NCBI GenBank assembly: GCA_044360245.1
Contig: JBIKKU010000003.1
Coordinates: forward strand, 1-38,905
Direction: 5' to 3'
Length of the DNA stretch: 38,905 nt
From: Flavobacteriales bacterium
GTDB lineage: Bacteria > Bacteroidota > Bacteroidia > Flavobacteriales_D > UBA2798
Part shown: in pieces, positions 9,816 to 19,738 of the stretch
Layout: every line of letters begins with the position of its first letter
How positions within the stretch are numbered: position 1 is the stretch's first letter
The notes under the pieces: model-generated
Told to the model about the DNA's origin: nothing
Databases searched by the model: none
What the model saw: the letters and a program-made list of their open reading frames with translations, nothing else
Made by a program: the position numbers and the translations under genes

Positions 9816-11209
9816 GCTTGTAAAAATTGAGCTTGTTGAATGGCCATGCGCACTGCACGGAGTTTATTATCGATTTCGGAAAGTTCATTTTCGGGAACAC
9901 TATCGCGCACAATTCCCGCTCCTGCGCGGTAATGCAACTGCCCGTTTTTGCACAAAACACTTCGAATAAGAATGGCGTGTAAAACATCACCTTGTAAATT
10001 GATCAGACCAATGGCTCCACCATAAAAACCGCGACGATCACCTTCGATGTCGGCAATCAGTTGCATTGCTCTGACTTTCGGTGCTCCTGATAATGTTCCC
10101 GCAGGAAAGGCATCCAACAATACATCCACGGAATTACTTTCGGCTTGCAAGTCACCCGTAACTTTCGAAACCAAATGGAGCACATGCGAAAACTTTTTTA
10201 CTTTTTTCAATTCGCTTACACGAACGTTTTCACAATGCCGGTTCAAATCATTTCGCGCCAAGTCTACCAACATATTGTGTTCAGCATTTTCTTTTGGATC
10301 ATCCATCAATTGCTGCAACAACATTTTATTCTTCTCCTCATCCGAATGTCGCGCGAATGTTCCTGCGATGGGAGCAATTTCTGCACTTCCATTTTGAATA
10401 AGAATTTGTGATTCCGGCGAAGAACCCATCAACCTGAAATCCCCACAATCGAAATAAAACAAATAGGGCGATGGACTGATGGAGCGTAATGAACGGTAAA
10501 TTGCAAAATCATCTCCGGCATATTGTCTCAGGAACAAGCGCGAAAGCACCAACTGAAAAACATCTCCTCGCAATACATGAAATTTTGCCCTTTCCACACG
10601 TTTTAAAAAATCCTCCGAACAGCATGTTGTCTGCTCTTCCGATTTCAAGTGAAAAGGATATAACATCGTAGATCCCGAAAGAATGTCCAATGCAACTTCT
10701 TCCAATTGTGATCCTTCTTCATTTGTGTTTTCAATGAGTTCAGCGGTATTGTGAAAATGATCAAACACAACAACAAAACGGTAAAACACATAGCGCATTA
10801 GCGGAACATCTTCTTCTCGGACTAAATCCTGCAAACCTGAAACACGGGAATGTCCGGATTCAAATCCCAAATAACCAAACCATCCATTGCATTCATGCGC
10901 ATCCTTTACTAGAATGCTTTGCATGTGTTCTTTGATAAACGAACCAAGTGATTTCGAAGCATGATCGGAATACCATTTTCCCGAATGATCCTCGCGAAAA
11001 AAACCTTTGGCATCTTTTCCAATGCACAAGCGTTTTCCGAAGGCAATGATCGACCTCGAATTTTCGGGATTGGAATGATCGTTGGATTCCAGCAAGCATG
11101 ATTCCGGATACTTATCGCGTATGCGCAAATACACCTGTAAAGGAGTAATCAAGTCAGCCGGAATTTTTTTTCGCACTTCGCGAAAATGAATTTGTTCAAT
11201 GGTTTGCAT
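9812..11209 (-). CDS. trpE: Anthranilate synthase component I
   Basis: LLES, GDVFQLVLS, PSPYLFY, GSSPE, PIAGT, AEHNMLVDLARND and FPAGTLSGAPKVRAM. Start moved to the ATG at 11209 because the longer ORF runs through the attenuator. Confidence 0.96.
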   Translation of the reverse strand: MQTIEQIHFREVRKKIPADLITPLQVYLRIRDKYPESCLLESNDHSNPENSRSIIAFGKRLCIGKDAKGFFREDHSGKWYSDHASKSLGSFIKEHMQSILVKDAHECNGWFGYLGFESGHSRVSGLQDLVREEDVPLMRYVFYRFVVVFDHFHNTAELIENTNEEGSQLEEVALDILSGSTMLYPFHLKSEEQTTCCSEDFLKRVERAKFHVLRGDVFQLVLSRLFLRQYAGDDFAIYRSLRSISPSPYLFYFDCGDFRLMGSSPESQILIQNGSAEIAPIAGTFARHSDEEKNKMLLQQLMDDPKENAEHNMLVDLARNDLNRHCENVRVSELKKVKKFSHVLHLVSKVTGDLQAESNSVDVLLDAFPAGTLSGAPKVRAMQLIADIEGDRRGFYGGAIGLINLQGDVLHAILIRSVLCKNGQLHYRAGAGIVRDSVPENELSEIDNKLRAVRMAIQQAQFLQA

Positions 11210-11223
11210 AATCGAATGGAAAT

Positions 11224-11253
11224 AAAAAAGGCCCGCCGTGTTTGGCGAGCCTT
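11224..11253 (-). terminator. trp attenuator terminator hairpin
   Basis: Minus-strand RNA AAGGCUCGCC-AAACAC-GGCGGGCCUU-UUUU, located between the leader peptide and the trpE start. Confidence 0.85.
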
Positions 11254-11273
11254 GATGTTTACAATGTAAAACC

Positions 11274-11357
11274 TCAATACACACTACTCCACTTCTTTTC
11301 AGCGAAAGAAAGGAGCCACCACCAAAGTTGAATTGCAGTATGTGTGCGTTGATTCAT
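11274..11357 (-). CDS. trpL: trp operon leader peptide (27 aa, MNQRTHTAIQLWWWLLSFAEKKWSSVY)
   Basis: Translated by hand: ATG at 11357, three consecutive TGG codons (11316-11324), a fourth Trp, TGA at 11274. It lies directly upstream of the terminator and trpE. Confidence 0.88.
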   Translation of the reverse strand: MNQRTHTAIQLWWWLLSFAEKKWSSVY

Positions 11358-11361
11358 GGTG

Positions 11362-11369
11362 CAAACTTA
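11362..11369 (-). promoter_or_regulatory. Bacteroidota sigmaA -7 element (TAAGTTTG) for the trp leader
   Basis: Exact match to TAnnTTTG, 4 nt upstream of the leader ATG. Confidence 0.65.
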
Positions 11370-11660
11370 AACGAAGTCATGCAAGGCTGAATGGCAAAAA
11401 AAATGAATTGCCCTATTCAATTTCGCATGATTTGCATTCCACGATTGCCATTATTTTAATCCAACAAAACATCTTAAAACATCAATAAAATCAAGCATTG
11501 CAACCACTCACCACGCTATACTTACCTTTCCCTCAGTTGCACCGCTCATCACCAAAAAAATAGAGTTTGGATACGCTTTCAATACCATTGGTCAATTCGT
11601 CGCCACGCAATTCTCGATTGGCCAACAAATACCTTAACTTTAAAACCTCTACTTATTACG

Positions 11661-14600
11661 ATGAAATTAACACGCGCGCTCTTTTTAGGATTCATACTCC
11701 TGACTTCGGTATTTTCTTTTGCACAAAACAACACCACTGTTCCCTATTGGGAAATGATGGAAGATCCGAACGCTAATTTTTACGATATACAACAAGCATT
11801 CGACGCCTATTGGCAAGGTCGAACCATGGAACGCGGAAAAGGTTGGAAAGCCTTCAAACGTTGGGAGAATTTTGTTGAACCACGTGTTTTTCCAAGTGGG
11901 GATATGTCATTGCTCAACGGCACATGGAGCGCTTATCAGGACATGCAAAGCGCTGGAGTGAACCGCAATGCAGCAGGAGATTGGCATTACATCGGCAATA
12001 CCGACGTTCCTTCATCAGGCGGTGGAGCAGGTCGAATTAACGTTGTTGCCATTCACCCCACCGACCCCAACACCATTCTTGCAGGATCACCCGCAGGAGG
12101 ATTGTGGCGCAGTACCAACGGAGGAAGCAGTTGGATTTGCCACACCGATCAGTTGCCCACACTTGGCGTTTCAGCCATTGCTTTTGATCCGCAAAACGGC
12201 AATACCATTTTTATCGGAACAGGAGATATGGATGGAGGAAGTACCAGAGGTGTAGGAATATTGAAATCAACCGATGGAGGAATTACCTGGAATACCACAG
12301 GTTTGAGTTTTGCAACCGGACAAGACATTTCTGTTTCCCGCATTCTTATCGATCCAACCAACAGCAACATCATGCTCGCTGCAAGTAACGACGGAATTTA
12401 CCGTTCTGCAGATGCCGGAAATACCTGGACACAAGTCTCGAACAACTCCATGCGCGACATGGAATTCAAACCCGATGATCCAAACATTGTTTACGCCAGC
12501 AGAAGCGCACGTTTTTATCGCTCAATCGATAATGGTCTGACATGGACACAAATCACATCCGGACTTTCGGGATCCACCATGGCTCGCATTGCCATTGCAG
12601 TATCACCTGCAAATCCGAATTATGTGTATTTATTGATCGGCGACACCCAAGGAGGATTCTTTGGCTTGTACCGTTCAACTGACGCAGGCTTAAATTTCAC
12701 CTTGCGCACCAATTCACCCAATTTGATGGGATGGGAAGTGAACGGAAGCGATTCGGGTGGTCAGGCGAACTATGATTTAGCCATAGCCGTTGACCGAAAC
12801 AATGCAGAAATCGTTTACACAGGTGGCGTAAACATCTGGAGAAGTACCAACGGAGGTTCAAGTTTCAGCATTGCAGCACATTGGTACGGCGGTGGCGGAA
12901 ATCCCTATGTACATGCCGACATTCACGATTTGGTTTACTCTCATCACAACAACCAATTGTTTGCAGGATGCGATGGCGGAGTTTTTCGCAAAAGCACCAG
13001 CAGTTCATCTTGGACCGACATCAGCAACAATTTAATGATTGCTCAAATTTACCGTCTGGGTGGTTCTGCAACCAATGCATCTTTGATCATTTCAGGATGG
13101 CAAGACAATGGAACTAACCTTTCGGGAACTCCTTGGGAACAAGTATTAGGAGGCGATGGAATGGAAGCCATCATCAACTATTCCAACGCCAACATCATGT
13201 ACGGAGAATATTATTACGGATACATTGAGCGATCAACAGATGGTGGAAACAACTGGACAACCATTGCAGGTTCAGGCGGTACAAACGAAGATGAAGACGG
13301 CGCTTGGGTTACTCCTTATATCATGCATCCCACCAATCCGAGCATTTTATTGATGGGAAAAACGCAAGTGTATAAAACCACCAACCAAGGAAACAGTTGG
13401 TCGCAATTGGGCTCTGTCGGTTCCGGAAGTTCACTCATCAATGCCATGGCATTTGCACCATCCAATGCCAACTACATCTATGTTTCAAAATCGAATAAAC
13501 TATATGTATCCAGCGACGGAAACACCTTTACCGACCGAAGCGCAGGATTGCCGACAAACGCATCCATCACCTACATCGCCGTGAGCAATGCCAATCCCGA
13601 ACATGTTTGGATTACGTATTCAGGATACACCGCAAACAAAGTATGGTACAGTTCGAATGCAGGATTAACATGGAGCAACTATTCCACAGGAATTCCCAAC
13701 ATTCCGGTTAATTGCATCGTGTATCAAAACAACAGCAATGATGCATTGTACATCGGTACCGACCTCGGAGTTTTTTACCGCGACAATACATCGGGAACTT
13801 GGACAGCATTTAGCAACGGTTTACCCAACACCATCGTAGATGAATTGGAAATTCATTATGGCACCGGCATGCTTCGTGCAGCAACTTACGGAAGAGGAAT
13901 CTGGGAAAGCGCCTTACATTCTTATGTTCCAAACGACATCCGCATCAGCGAAGTCCTCTACCCAAGCAATGAAGTTTGTGGTTCAGCATTTGCCCCTGAA
14001 ATCAGATTATTCAATCAGGGAGACAACATCATTACCAGTGCACAAATTTCCTATCAATTGGATAATGGTCCGATTACCAATGTTTCCTGGAACGGTTCTT
14101 TACAAGCATACGAAGATGAACTGATTACTTTACCCGCATTAGCTGCAAGTGCAGGAGCACATGTTTTCCGCATCTGGACATCTCAACCCAACAACGGAAA
14201 TGACGACAACCTGAACAACGACACCTTACAAATCAACATCACCAGCGATCCGAATAAAGTGCATACCACCCTTGATTTGCATACCGATTGTTTTGGTGCA
14301 GAAACAGGATGGAACATCAAAAGCGGAGCAACAACTTTGTATTCGGAAACTGCAGGAACTTATCCGGGAACAACTGCATTGTGGCAAGAAGGCGGATTGC
14401 AAACTTCAGCACATTTCTGTCTGACACCTGCATGTTATACACTCACCATGACCGATACCGAATCGAACGGTTTAAATGGTGAAGAAGACGGTTGTGAAAT
14501 AAATGGAAGTTACAACCTCAATGATGAAAGCGGCGCACAGCTTGCACAAAACGCTACTCCTGAAGCGAATTTCGGCGCAAGTGTTACACACAATTTCTGT

Positions 14601-16046
14601 GTCAGCGCATCTTATTTTGCATCTTTCAGCGCGTATCCAACAGAAATTTGTGCAGGCGATACCGTGCGCTTCAGTGATTTATCATCACCCGGAAGTACCA
14701 GTTGGAACTGGACATTTACCGGTCCGGTAACGATGACAAGCACGCAACAAAATCCGATTATTGTTTTCCCTCAAGGTGGAACTTATCAGGTTTCACTCAC
14801 GGCAGGAAACGGTTCAATAACCGACAACATGACCATTTCCGGAATGGTAGTCGTGAATGCATCACCACAAGTGAGCTTGAGCATCGCCGATTTAAATTGC
14901 TACGAACAATGCGTTGGAAAAATAATTCCAATTGTAAGTGGAGGAACTACTCCTTATGCTTTTGAATGGTCGAACGGTGCAACTGCAGACTCGCTTACCA
15001 ATTTGTGCGCAGGAAATTACGGATTGCAAATTCGCGATGCCAAAGGATGCAAATTCACCGATACCATCAGCATTGCGCAACCTTCAGAACTATTGGTCAA
15101 CCTTTCCAAAACCGATGCCACTTGCGGGAATCAAGATGGTGCAGTAACATCTAACGTTTCCGGAGGAACCGGATCTTACGCTTATTTGTGGAGCGATTCA
15201 AGTGCTGTAACCAACCTCAGTAATCTCGATATCGGAACGTATACCTTATCGGTTACCGATGACAATGGTTGTATTACCACACAATCTGTTCAGATCATCC
15301 AACCTAATGCGCCAAACATTTCCATCACCGGAAACAACGAAACCTGCAATGGTGATTGCAACGGAACACTCAGCGCGCTGGTAAGCGGAGGAACAGGTGC
15401 TTTAACACTGAATTGGAACAACAGTCTTGGAAACGACACTGCCTATAGCGCGCTCTGTCCGGGTAATTACATCCTCACCGTTACCGATGCCAATGGATGC
15501 ACCAACCGCGATACCATTACCATTCAACAAGGAAGAGATTATCCCGTGGCGAATTTCATCATGAGCGACACCACCGTGAATGTTGGACAAACTGTAAGTT
15601 TCGTGAACATGAGTACAACCTCGGCTACCAACTTTTTCTGGGATTTCGGAGATGGCGCACAATCGTTTTTTAGCAGTTCCTCTCACGCTTATGGCAGTGC
15701 AGGAACATATACCGTTACCAATATTTTAAACAATGGTGGATGTCGTGATACCTTAACTGCTACTGTCTTTGTTGTGAATGGAGTCGGCATAGAAGAAACG
15801 TTGAACGACCTCATACGCTTGTATCCAAATCCGGCAAATGAAGAAGTGATTTTGGATTTCGGTGGATTGAACGTTCGCGGAACGCTCGAAATTTTCGACA
15901 ACAAAGGAAACCTTATTCGCACTGTTGAAATATACCACAGCTCGCTGATTCATGTATCGACAGCAGGTCTGGCCGAAGGGATTTACCATTTTTCCGTGCG
16001 GCAGGACGATTACCGTCTGACAAGAAAATTGATGATCAGGCATTGA
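11661..16046 (+). CDS. Large secreted BNR/Asp-box (VPS10/GH74-like) beta-propeller protein with CARDB-like, PKD and SprB-like repeats and a T9SS type A CTD
   Basis: Signal peptide ending FAQ and many SxDGGxTW Asp-box repeats. Also PKD motifs (FWDFGDG), SprB-like repeats (GGTTPYAFEWSNG...LCAGNY) and C-terminal IRLYPNPANE...LAEGIYHF...TRKLMIRH. Confidence 0.85.
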   Translation: MKLTRALFLGFILLTSVFSFAQNNTTVPYWEMMEDPNANFYDIQQAFDAYWQGRTMERGKGWKAFKRWENFVEPRVFPSGDMSLLNGTWSAYQDMQSAGVNRNAAGDWHYIGNTDVPSSGGGAGRINVVAIHPTDPNTILAGSPAGGLWRSTNGGSSWICHTDQLPTLGVSAIAFDPQNGNTIFIGTGDMDGGSTRGVGILKSTDGGITWNTTGLSFATGQDISVSRILIDPTNSNIMLAASNDGIYRSADAGNTWTQVSNNSMRDMEFKPDDPNIVYASRSARFYRSIDNGLTWTQITSGLSGSTMARIAIAVSPANPNYVYLLIGDTQGGFFGLYRSTDAGLNFTLRTNSPNLMGWEVNGSDSGGQANYDLAIAVDRNNAEIVYTGGVNIWRSTNGGSSFSIAAHWYGGGGNPYVHADIHDLVYSHHNNQLFAGCDGGVFRKSTSSSSWTDISNNLMIAQIYRLGGSATNASLIISGWQDNGTNLSGTPWEQVLGGDGMEAIINYSNANIMYGEYYYGYIERSTDGGNNWTTIAGSGGTNEDEDGAWVTPYIMHPTNPSILLMGKTQVYKTTNQGNSWSQLGSVGSGSSLINAMAFAPSNANYIYVSKSNKLYVSSDGNTFTDRSAGLPTNASITYIAVSNANPEHVWITYSGYTANKVWYSSNAGLTWSNYSTGIPNIPVNCIVYQNNSNDALYIGTDLGVFYRDNTSGTWTAFSNGLPNTIVDELEIHYGTGMLRAATYGRGIWESALHSYVPNDIRISEVLYPSNEVCGSAFAPEIRLFNQGDNIITSAQISYQLDNGPITNVSWNGSLQAYEDELITLPALAASAGAHVFRIWTSQPNNGNDDNLNNDTLQINITSDPNKVHTTLDLHTDCFGAETGWNIKSGATTLYSETAGTYPGTTALWQEGGLQTSAHFCLTPACYTLTMTDTESNGLNGEEDGCEINGSYNLNDESGAQLAQNATPEANFGASVTHNFCVSASYFASFSAYPTEICAGDTVRFSDLSSPGSTSWNWTFTGPVTMTSTQQNPIIVFPQGGTYQVSLTAGNGSITDNMTISGMVVVNASPQVSLSIADLNCYEQCVGKIIPIVSGGTTPYAFEWSNGATADSLTNLCAGNYGLQIRDAKGCKFTDTISIAQPSELLVNLSKTDATCGNQDGAVTSNVSGGTGSYAYLWSDSSAVTNLSNLDIGTYTLSVTDDNGCITTQSVQIIQPNAPNISITGNNETCNGDCNGTLSALVSGGTGALTLNWNNSLGNDTAYSALCPGNYILTVTDANGCTNRDTITIQQGRDYPVANFIMSDTTVNVGQTVSFVNMSTTSATNFFWDFGDGAQSFFSSSSHAYGSAGTYTVTNILNNGGCRDTLTATVFVVNGVGIEETLNDLIRLYPNPANEEVILDFGGLNVRGTLEIFDNKGNLIRTVEIYHSSLIHVSTAGLAEGIYHFSVRQDDYRLTRKLMIRH

Positions 16047-16062
16047 TATTCGCTTGAAGCAC

Positions 16063-16070
16063 TAACTTTG
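16063..16070 (+). promoter_or_regulatory. Bacteroidota -7 promoter element (TAACTTTG)
   Basis: Exact TAnnTTTG match, 16 nt upstream of the ATG at 16087. Confidence 0.55.
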
Positions 16071-16086
16071 CAAAAAAAATTGAACC

Positions 16087-16356
16087 ATGGCTTCACGCAA
16101 ATTACTTAAGGACAACATCAATTCCATTTGTTTCGATATCATCGACGAATGTCTCACCCTGCATGAATTCGGGGGTATTACCGAAGAGAAAGTTCGTCCT
16201 TTGCTGAATGACGCCATCAATTTCCGCAACGACATGATTGGTCGCTTCGGTGCCATCCGTAAAAACGGAAACAAGGGTGCTGCGTACAAGGAAATGGAAC
16301 TTGAACTCGACGAAAAAGTCCTTGAATTCATTGACCGTCTGAACGGCCTGCACTGA
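16087..16356 (+). CDS. Small alpha-helical hypothetical protein
   Basis: 89-aa ORF (MASRKLLKDNINSICFDIIDEC...) filling the gap, with its own promoter motif and codirectional with its neighbours. Confidence 0.7.
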   Translation: MASRKLLKDNINSICFDIIDECLTLHEFGGITEEKVRPLLNDAINFRNDMIGRFGAIRKNGNKGAAYKEMELELDEKVLEFIDRLNGLH

Positions 16357-16394
16357 GTTTGCGCTTGATTTTCCTTTTCCCTATCTTTAGGGGA

Positions 16395-17402
16395 ATGAGA
16401 ATTCTGTCCATTCTGTTTGGCTTAATGGTTTTGCCCTTGATTTCGGGGGCACAGGATATCCATTATTCTCAATTTGATTACAGTCCGCTCAACCTGAATC
16501 CTGCCAATGCCGGCTTGTTCAAAGGCTCTTATCGATTTGCGGGCAATTACCGTCAACAATGGCGTTCGGTAACTGTTCCCTACTCCACCTTTTCGCTTTC
16601 GGCTGATGGCTTTGAGCCGCTTCAGAAAAAAAACCTGGGCGCAGGAATACAAATCAATCACGATATCGCCGGTGATTCACGTTTCCGGACTTTTCAATGC
16701 AATCTGAGTGGTGCGTATTTACTCCCATTCAAAAACGACAGCACCACACGCATTTCGCTCGGAGCGACCTTGGGCATTTCTGCACGTTCATTAACTTATG
16801 ATGCTTTGTATTTCGACAATCAATACGACGGCATTCAATACAATCCATCCTTGGCGAACGGTGAAAATTTCAATCGCGAATCGCGTGCATACATGAACCT
16901 GCAATTGGGTGCAGCATTTTACCGACAGCTCAGTTTACGCAATTTCATTACCGGAGGAATTGCTCTGGGCAACATCCTAAAACCCAAGCAAAGTTATTTT
17001 GATGTGAACAGCATTAAACTCGATCGCAGGTTTAATGTACATGGCACACTCAATTATGCCCTCGATGCACAATTTGAATTGGTGCCTTCGGTGATGGGTC
17101 AATTTCAAGGGAAATACAAAGAGATCATTTTCGGGTCGCAATTGCGTTACATCATGCTCAACGAAAAAGGAGAATTCAGAGCCGTAAAAACCGGATTGTT
17201 TTACCGCACCAGAGACGCAGGCTACATCATGGCAGGAATCGATTACAACAACTGGACAGGCTCGGTGAGTTACGACCTCAACTTTTCTAAATTGGTCCCC
17301 GCTTCTCAACACCGCGGAGCAATCGAATTTTCGGTGATATACATCATCAACGTGTTTAACCCAAAGATGATCCAGCGAAGGATTTGTCCGAATTACATCT
17401 AA
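16395..17402 (+). CDS. PorP/SprF family T9SS outer-membrane beta-barrel protein
   Basis: Signal peptide followed by AQDIHYSQF...PLNLNPANAG...NYRQQW; C-terminal SYDLNFSKL...GAIEFSVIY. Start placed at the ATG at 16395. Confidence 0.92.
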   Translation: MRILSILFGLMVLPLISGAQDIHYSQFDYSPLNLNPANAGLFKGSYRFAGNYRQQWRSVTVPYSTFSLSADGFEPLQKKNLGAGIQINHDIAGDSRFRTFQCNLSGAYLLPFKNDSTTRISLGATLGISARSLTYDALYFDNQYDGIQYNPSLANGENFNRESRAYMNLQLGAAFYRQLSLRNFITGGIALGNILKPKQSYFDVNSIKLDRRFNVHGTLNYALDAQFELVPSVMGQFQGKYKEIIFGSQLRYIMLNEKGEFRAVKTGLFYRTRDAGYIMAGIDYNNWTGSVSYDLNFSKLVPASQHRGAIEFSVIYIINVFNPKMIQRRICPNYI

Positions 17403-17403
17403 C

Positions 17404-19653
17404 ATGCGCATTCTGCTATTGCTTGTTTTTGTATGCTCGTTCTTCATTGCTGATGGACAGACCTACAAACAGTTGGTGAAATTCGCCGACAAAAATTACG
17501 AAGCAGGAGATTACTACAGCGCCGGCCTTTATTACCGCAAAGCACTCGACATCGACAGTATGGACATTCACATTGTTTGGAAGTATGCCGAATGTTTGCG
17601 CAATTACAACGATTACGAAACCGCCGAACGAATTTATGCATGGATCTATTACCGTGAACAAAGCAAAGTCTATCCCTTAAGTTTGTTTTGGCTGGCCACC
17701 ATGCAGCAATACAATGCCAAATACAAAGACGCCTCCAAAAATTTTAAAACCGTCACCAAACAATTTGGTCGCGATAAAAAATCTTACGAATACCTAAAAG
17801 CAAAACAATCCATTCTTTCTTGCTCATTCGCCATGCGCTCACAGAAAAAAGACACGAGTGGATTTAAAATCAGCAATGCCGGACCAACCATCAACACCAC
17901 CGATTCAGAATTTGGAAATCAGTGGATAGATTCTACACTTTATTTTGGGTCATTACGCGCCGACAATGTAAAAGGCGATTTCGAAATTCACGATCCCTTT
18001 TATAAAATCAAAATTTACAGCATAGGCGCAAACCCACAACCAACAGGTGTTTCAGATGCATTGGACTCTTTAATCAACTCCGTTACCTCCCACAATGCCA
18101 ACGGAAGTTTCAATCACGACAAAAGTAAGTTTGTGTTTACCCGTTGCATGAATGGAAAATGTCAACTCTACCTCATCAACATTACAAACGGGAAATGGTC
18201 AACACCAAAACCCATTGCAGGCGGCACCAACAAAGAAGGATACAATTCCACACAACCACATTTTTCCAGAAAAGGCGAAACTGAATTATTGTTCTTTGCT
18301 TCCGATATGCCCGGTGGACAAGGAAAGTACGACATCTGGTTTTCGGAAGTGAATGGCAACACTTTTGCTAAACCTAAAAACGCAGGAAAAAAAGTAAACA
18401 GCATCGACGATGAAATCACTCCATTTTACGATGGTTTTGAAGGTGTGTTGTACTTCTCTTCCAATTGGCATGAAGGGTTTGGCGGTTTCGATATTTTTTC
18501 AGCAAAAGGCGATTCTGAAAAATTAGGCGAACCCGTAAATCTTTTGCAACCCATCAACACACAATGGAACGATATGTATTATGCACCTTATCCTTCCAAA
18601 TACGCAGGCTTTCTCACTTCCAACCGCAAAGGTTCCTATTTCAAAAAAAGTCCGACGTGTTGCAACGATATTTATTTAATCCTTTGGCCCAAACAGGAAA
18701 TTCCGGCCGACACGATTCCATACAAATCATTGCAAGACCTCAACAAGTATTTACCTGTAACGCTTTATTTTCACAACGACGAACCCAATCCGCGCAGCAC
18801 CGACACCATTACGCGATTGAATTACATGACAACCTATCAGGCTTACACAGCCATGATTGAGAAGTACAAAGAAGAATACTCCAAAGGTCTGGATGCGGCG
18901 GCGGCTGAAAAAGCGAAAGACGACATTGAGAATTTTTTCATGGATTATGTCGACAAAGGCGTTTCGGATTTGATGATTTTCACCAAGCTTTTGCTGATTG
19001 AATTGGAGAAGGGACAAAAAATTGAACTCACCATCAAAGGCTTTGCTTCTCCGCTTGCCAAAACCGATTACAACGTCAACCTCACACAACGACGCATTTC
19101 TTCACTCATCAAGTTCTTACGCGAATACGAAGGCGGTGTTTTTGTTCCTTACATCGAAGGCACGGCACCCAATGGCGGACAATTGTTTTTTACCCGTGTT
19201 CCCTTTGGTGAATATTCTGCCAATGCATTCGTCAGCGACAATTACCACGACACCAAAAACTCTGTTTACTCGCGTGCAGCTGCTCTTGAACGTAAAATTG
19301 AAGTACAAACCGTTCAGCGTGCTTCGGCAGACTCCATCCATTCCGAAATGCGTGTCAACAAAGAAGCGCACGACTTTGGAAAAGCCAAAACAGGTGATGT
19401 CTTAACCACGAAATTCATTATCCGAAATGTGGGCAAAGACGACCTCATCATCAACAAGGCTTTGGTAGGATGCGAATGCCTTACGGTTGACTATCCCAAA
19501 ACACCACTTAAACCGGGTGAAAGTGCTGAAGTCACCGTTACCTTCCGCACCGCTGGTTATACCGGAATGCAAGTGCGGTCTGTCACCTTGGTTACCAATG
19601 GTTTCCCTCCAAACAAGCGATTGGTCGTCACTACAGAACTATTCGCCCCTTAA
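17404..19653 (+). CDS. PorE-like protein: TPR + PD40 beta-propeller + divergent OmpA-like domain + C-terminal DUF1573-like Ig domain
   Basis: TPR-like N-terminus and PD40 motifs (FFASDMPGGQGKYDIW, YFSSNWHEGFGGFDIF). OmpA-like segment KGFASP...YNVNLTQRRISS...ERKIEV. C-terminal HDFG...IRNVGKDDLII...GCECLT...PLKPGE. Confidence 0.75.
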   Translation: MRILLLLVFVCSFFIADGQTYKQLVKFADKNYEAGDYYSAGLYYRKALDIDSMDIHIVWKYAECLRNYNDYETAERIYAWIYYREQSKVYPLSLFWLATMQQYNAKYKDASKNFKTVTKQFGRDKKSYEYLKAKQSILSCSFAMRSQKKDTSGFKISNAGPTINTTDSEFGNQWIDSTLYFGSLRADNVKGDFEIHDPFYKIKIYSIGANPQPTGVSDALDSLINSVTSHNANGSFNHDKSKFVFTRCMNGKCQLYLINITNGKWSTPKPIAGGTNKEGYNSTQPHFSRKGETELLFFASDMPGGQGKYDIWFSEVNGNTFAKPKNAGKKVNSIDDEITPFYDGFEGVLYFSSNWHEGFGGFDIFSAKGDSEKLGEPVNLLQPINTQWNDMYYAPYPSKYAGFLTSNRKGSYFKKSPTCCNDIYLILWPKQEIPADTIPYKSLQDLNKYLPVTLYFHNDEPNPRSTDTITRLNYMTTYQAYTAMIEKYKEEYSKGLDAAAAEKAKDDIENFFMDYVDKGVSDLMIFTKLLLIELEKGQKIELTIKGFASPLAKTDYNVNLTQRRISSLIKFLREYEGGVFVPYIEGTAPNGGQLFFTRVPFGEYSANAFVSDNYHDTKNSVYSRAAALERKIEVQTVQRASADSIHSEMRVNKEAHDFGKAKTGDVLTTKFIIRNVGKDDLIINKALVGCECLTVDYPKTPLKPGESAEVTVTFRTAGYTGMQVRSVTLVTNGFPPNKRLVVTTELFAP

Positions 19654-19738
19654 GTGCAGATTTCGGCCTAATTCTTGCCTGAACGTTTCAGAAAGTTTAC
19701 AAATCCCGTAAATTTACCTAAGCCGAACTAAGGAACTT

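Noticed and set aside
11210-11284. Longer trpE N-terminus from the ORF track
   Set aside because: It overlaps the attenuator terminator and the leader peptide. The ATG at 11209 fits better.
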